A stretch of DNA of 64,000 nucleotides from Haliotis cracherodii. Taxonomy: Eukaryota. A program made the translations under genes and the position numbers. The notes under the pieces were generated by a model that saw nothing but the letters and a program-made list of their open reading frames with translations, had not been told where the DNA came from and ran no database searches. How positions within the stretch are numbered: the first letter of the stretch is position 1; every line of letters begins with the position of its first letter. Of the stretch, positions 61,501 to 64,000 are shown one piece after another. The DNA lies in contig NW_027266272.1 of the NCBI RefSeq assembly GCF_022045235.1, positions 25,544,001 to 25,608,000 of the forward strand, read 5' to 3'.

Positions 61501-62933
61501 GTGACGGATGTCTGGTGGAGCTTTCTGCTGACAGTAACACAATGGTTACAATGTGCGTCCTGTCAAAGGACGAGGAAGTGTAAAGCCATAATCATTTAAT
61601 CAACAAATGTCCTTCCTGTCATATTTCACTTAAATAGGACGAGGAAGTGAAAAGCCTTATTCACTCACAAATCAACATGGCCAATATTTATCGGACACTG
61701 AAAAAGCACATTGTACCATTTGTTTACATGCAAGAAAATTATTTTCTCCTGGAATTTAATTAGGTGCTTTTGACTGACAAAGACACCCAGTCGATGTTAA
61801 GTTTTGAAAACTTATATTGTGAGAAATAAAGATATATGAAAATTATGGTTTGTTTTTCTTTGTTAAATATGAGAAATCCAGATTGTTCCATCAGCATAAT
61901 TTGTACCGATACATATATTTTATCTTGGCTTGATTACCAATTGAAGTTGATTCCTTTTTATCTTTTGTTATTCTATCTGTACTCATATCTGATCAAGACA
62001 TTTTCAAACTATTCAGGATAAATGTATTAGTAGCTTCCTTTTGATATACAATTACCTATCATCATACAGGATTAGGTGAGGGTGTTCAAGAAGTTGGTAG
62101 TTGTATCAATTCTTATATTTCTTCAATTTCATACATTATTTATATTTATCAATTTTTAGTTTCCCTTTAACTTATTTTAAACAGTTCACACATTATTACT
62201 TTTGTTGTGCACGGTGCAATCTGAATCGGCAATAATCAGTTAAGTAAGTGATGTTTGAAAGTGTCATCTGTCATTGTACACACTGAATAGAGATATCGCC
62301 CCTTCTGAATATTTATTTTGACACACGAATTATTTTCATAATTAACATTGTAATATGTTAAAATGAAAATCTTAGCAGAAAAAGTGTCTTTCGTCAACTG
62401 GACTCATGGCAAAATGATGGTGCGATGTGCAGCAAACACCACTATGAAACGTGAAATAGATATATCTCAATCTTGATCTAGAGTTCGCCAAGCCACGCAT
62501 TGACTGTGCAATTTTGCAAAAGGAAACAGACGTGTTTCATGTTATTTACCGTTTCATGCAGTTTATTTACGATACAAAACTTCTGTCATTGAATGTACTG
62601 TCACATTGTCTCTATATGCCGACGAAGTTATGATAAAACAATCTATTTCTGAAATACGTATCTCGAAATACACCTTTCGATTCACTTCCGGGATCCTGAC
62701 AGCAAAATGCTAATTCCAGTGTATTACAGGCATATTTTAGTTGGACCTCAGGATTAAATGTGAAATATCTTCTGTATTAGATACTATTTTTTGTTTGTTT
62801 AAAATGTCCATCAGTGAAATGCACAACATGCTGTCCGTTCCCTATGAGCTGATGCGACTCTCACTGCATGGAGCTTTGCTCTCCAAGCCTCGTTTTCGAT
62901 CCAAGATGGCGAAAGTGTGAAAAAGGTCAATAG
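58524..62933. mobile_element. 4.4-kb non-autonomous TIR DNA transposon with nested insertions
   Basis: Termini ctattgacctttttcacacttcgc...gcgaggcttggagagcagaag and ctttgctctccaagcctcg...gcgaaagtgtgaaaaaggtcaatag are imperfect ~60-bp inverted repeats. No intact transposase. Confidence 0.7.
60360..60838 (+). mobile_element. 5'-truncated CR1-type LINE 3' end
   Basis: ENSFHFFFEYTLY...ILFGDPNL...NTKIFLSVHKFIETTNRFS-type C-terminus, then a 3'UTR ending aataaaatatgtttaa. Confidence 0.6.
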
Positions 62934-63910
62934 CGGCTCCTAATATTCTTCACACAAAAACGTCGAGTAAAAAGTATGAAATGGTTTTGTGTCGAATACT
63001 TTGTCTACTGGAAACTGTCCTGGAACATTCACACAAGCCACTTTCACCGGCTACATTTTTTCAGTACTGATTCAAAAGCGATCTCACCGTTGTGTCGTCA
63101 CTAGTCATGCTTATTCCTCCCTCGTTCCTTATTATTATCCACATCATCCTTACAGTGTTCCCTACCACACTTTTCTGTCACAGAAATCACCATATCATTC
63201 ATGCATACTCGTGAGTTCGACGTCTGACGTCTGACGCCTGAAGCCGTTTTCAGTTCGCGGCATATCGGCTCATTCCTCACCACTCGGTATCTTGTAGATA
63301 ACGGAATGGGACGAGTGTGCCAAATGGCATCGGGATCATTCGTAAGTGTCCGTTGACTAAAGTCACCATTCGTGACCAACTCGTGTTATTCCGGGACAAG
63401 CCGAATAGCGACTCGTGCCCCTATCATGGCCATTTTTGCGACCGGGTTCCGTCTTTGCGCAAACGGGCATACCTAAAACAATTGTCAACTCGTTGCGTAA
63501 TGGTTCATATTTATTTCCCCATATATTATATATATTTCACATGCAATATAAATCACATCGGGACATGCGAATTTATACAGTATGATTGAACACATTTAAC
63601 TGTGTCTTGGGTATATTTTTAGATGCAAAACATATGTAAAATCAAAAATTATTTCTGAGGGATTCTTTGACGAAGAACTTGAAATCATACACACATTCTG
63701 ATTGGTTTGTCGTATTTTCGCACATAACATTCATCGATAGGGGGACGAGTCTTCTTGCAGGTTACGGAAAGGGGCGAGTGGTGACGAATGTAAAGTCACG
63801 AGACACCATGCCTACCCGTAACCTTCGTAAGTGTCCGTCAACTATTCGGCCCTTTTCGTTCAGTTCCGTGACGTCATAGGCATGACTAGGTAAATTTGCA
63901 CTGTTACAGT

Positions 63911-63980
63911 GTGGACGTAGCTCAGTCGGTTAGCTGTCAGGCTAACAATCCGAAGGTCGCGGGTTCGCGTCCGACGGATT
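63911..63980 (+). pseudogene. tRNA(Ile-AAT)-like pseudogene or SINE head
   Basis: gtagctcagtcggttag...gctaacaatccgaaggtcgcgggttcgcgtcc. A and B boxes present, but the acceptor and anticodon stems are imperfect. Confidence 0.55.
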
Positions 63981-64000
63981 CTCCCCAAAACTGGTAGCTT

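Overview
AT-rich, repeat-dense animal genomic DNA. The SINE repertoire suggests a mollusc, probably a gastropod such as abalone (inference). The core of the window is a cluster of seven intronless paralogues between 14.3 and 51.0 kb (orientation +,-,-,-,-,-,+). They encode secreted proteins with a signal peptide, a Gly/Gln/Met/Trp low-complexity arm, a ~155-aa six-Cys globular domain and a Gly/Asn/Gln/Met low-complexity tail. By manual alignment the globular domain looks like a Cu/Zn superoxide dismutase (SOD3-type) fold that has lost all Cu/Zn ligands, i.e. a candidate metal-free SOD pseudoenzyme used as a structural or secretory protein. The paralogues share a compact promoter cassette (TATA, CRE, TAATTA), are mosaic (gene conversion) and sit about 6 kb apart, separated by largely unrelated spacers. 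The spacers hold four SINE families with a shared 3' tail, several MITE families, two decayed Tc1 transposons, decayed LINEs, and mini/microsatellites. One SINE family lacks a tRNA head and instead begins with a compact, covarying RNA structure (candidate ribozyme). A probable first coding exon of an unrelated secreted-protein gene lies at 10.4-10.5 kb on the minus strand. All alignments were done by eye; no database searches were run.
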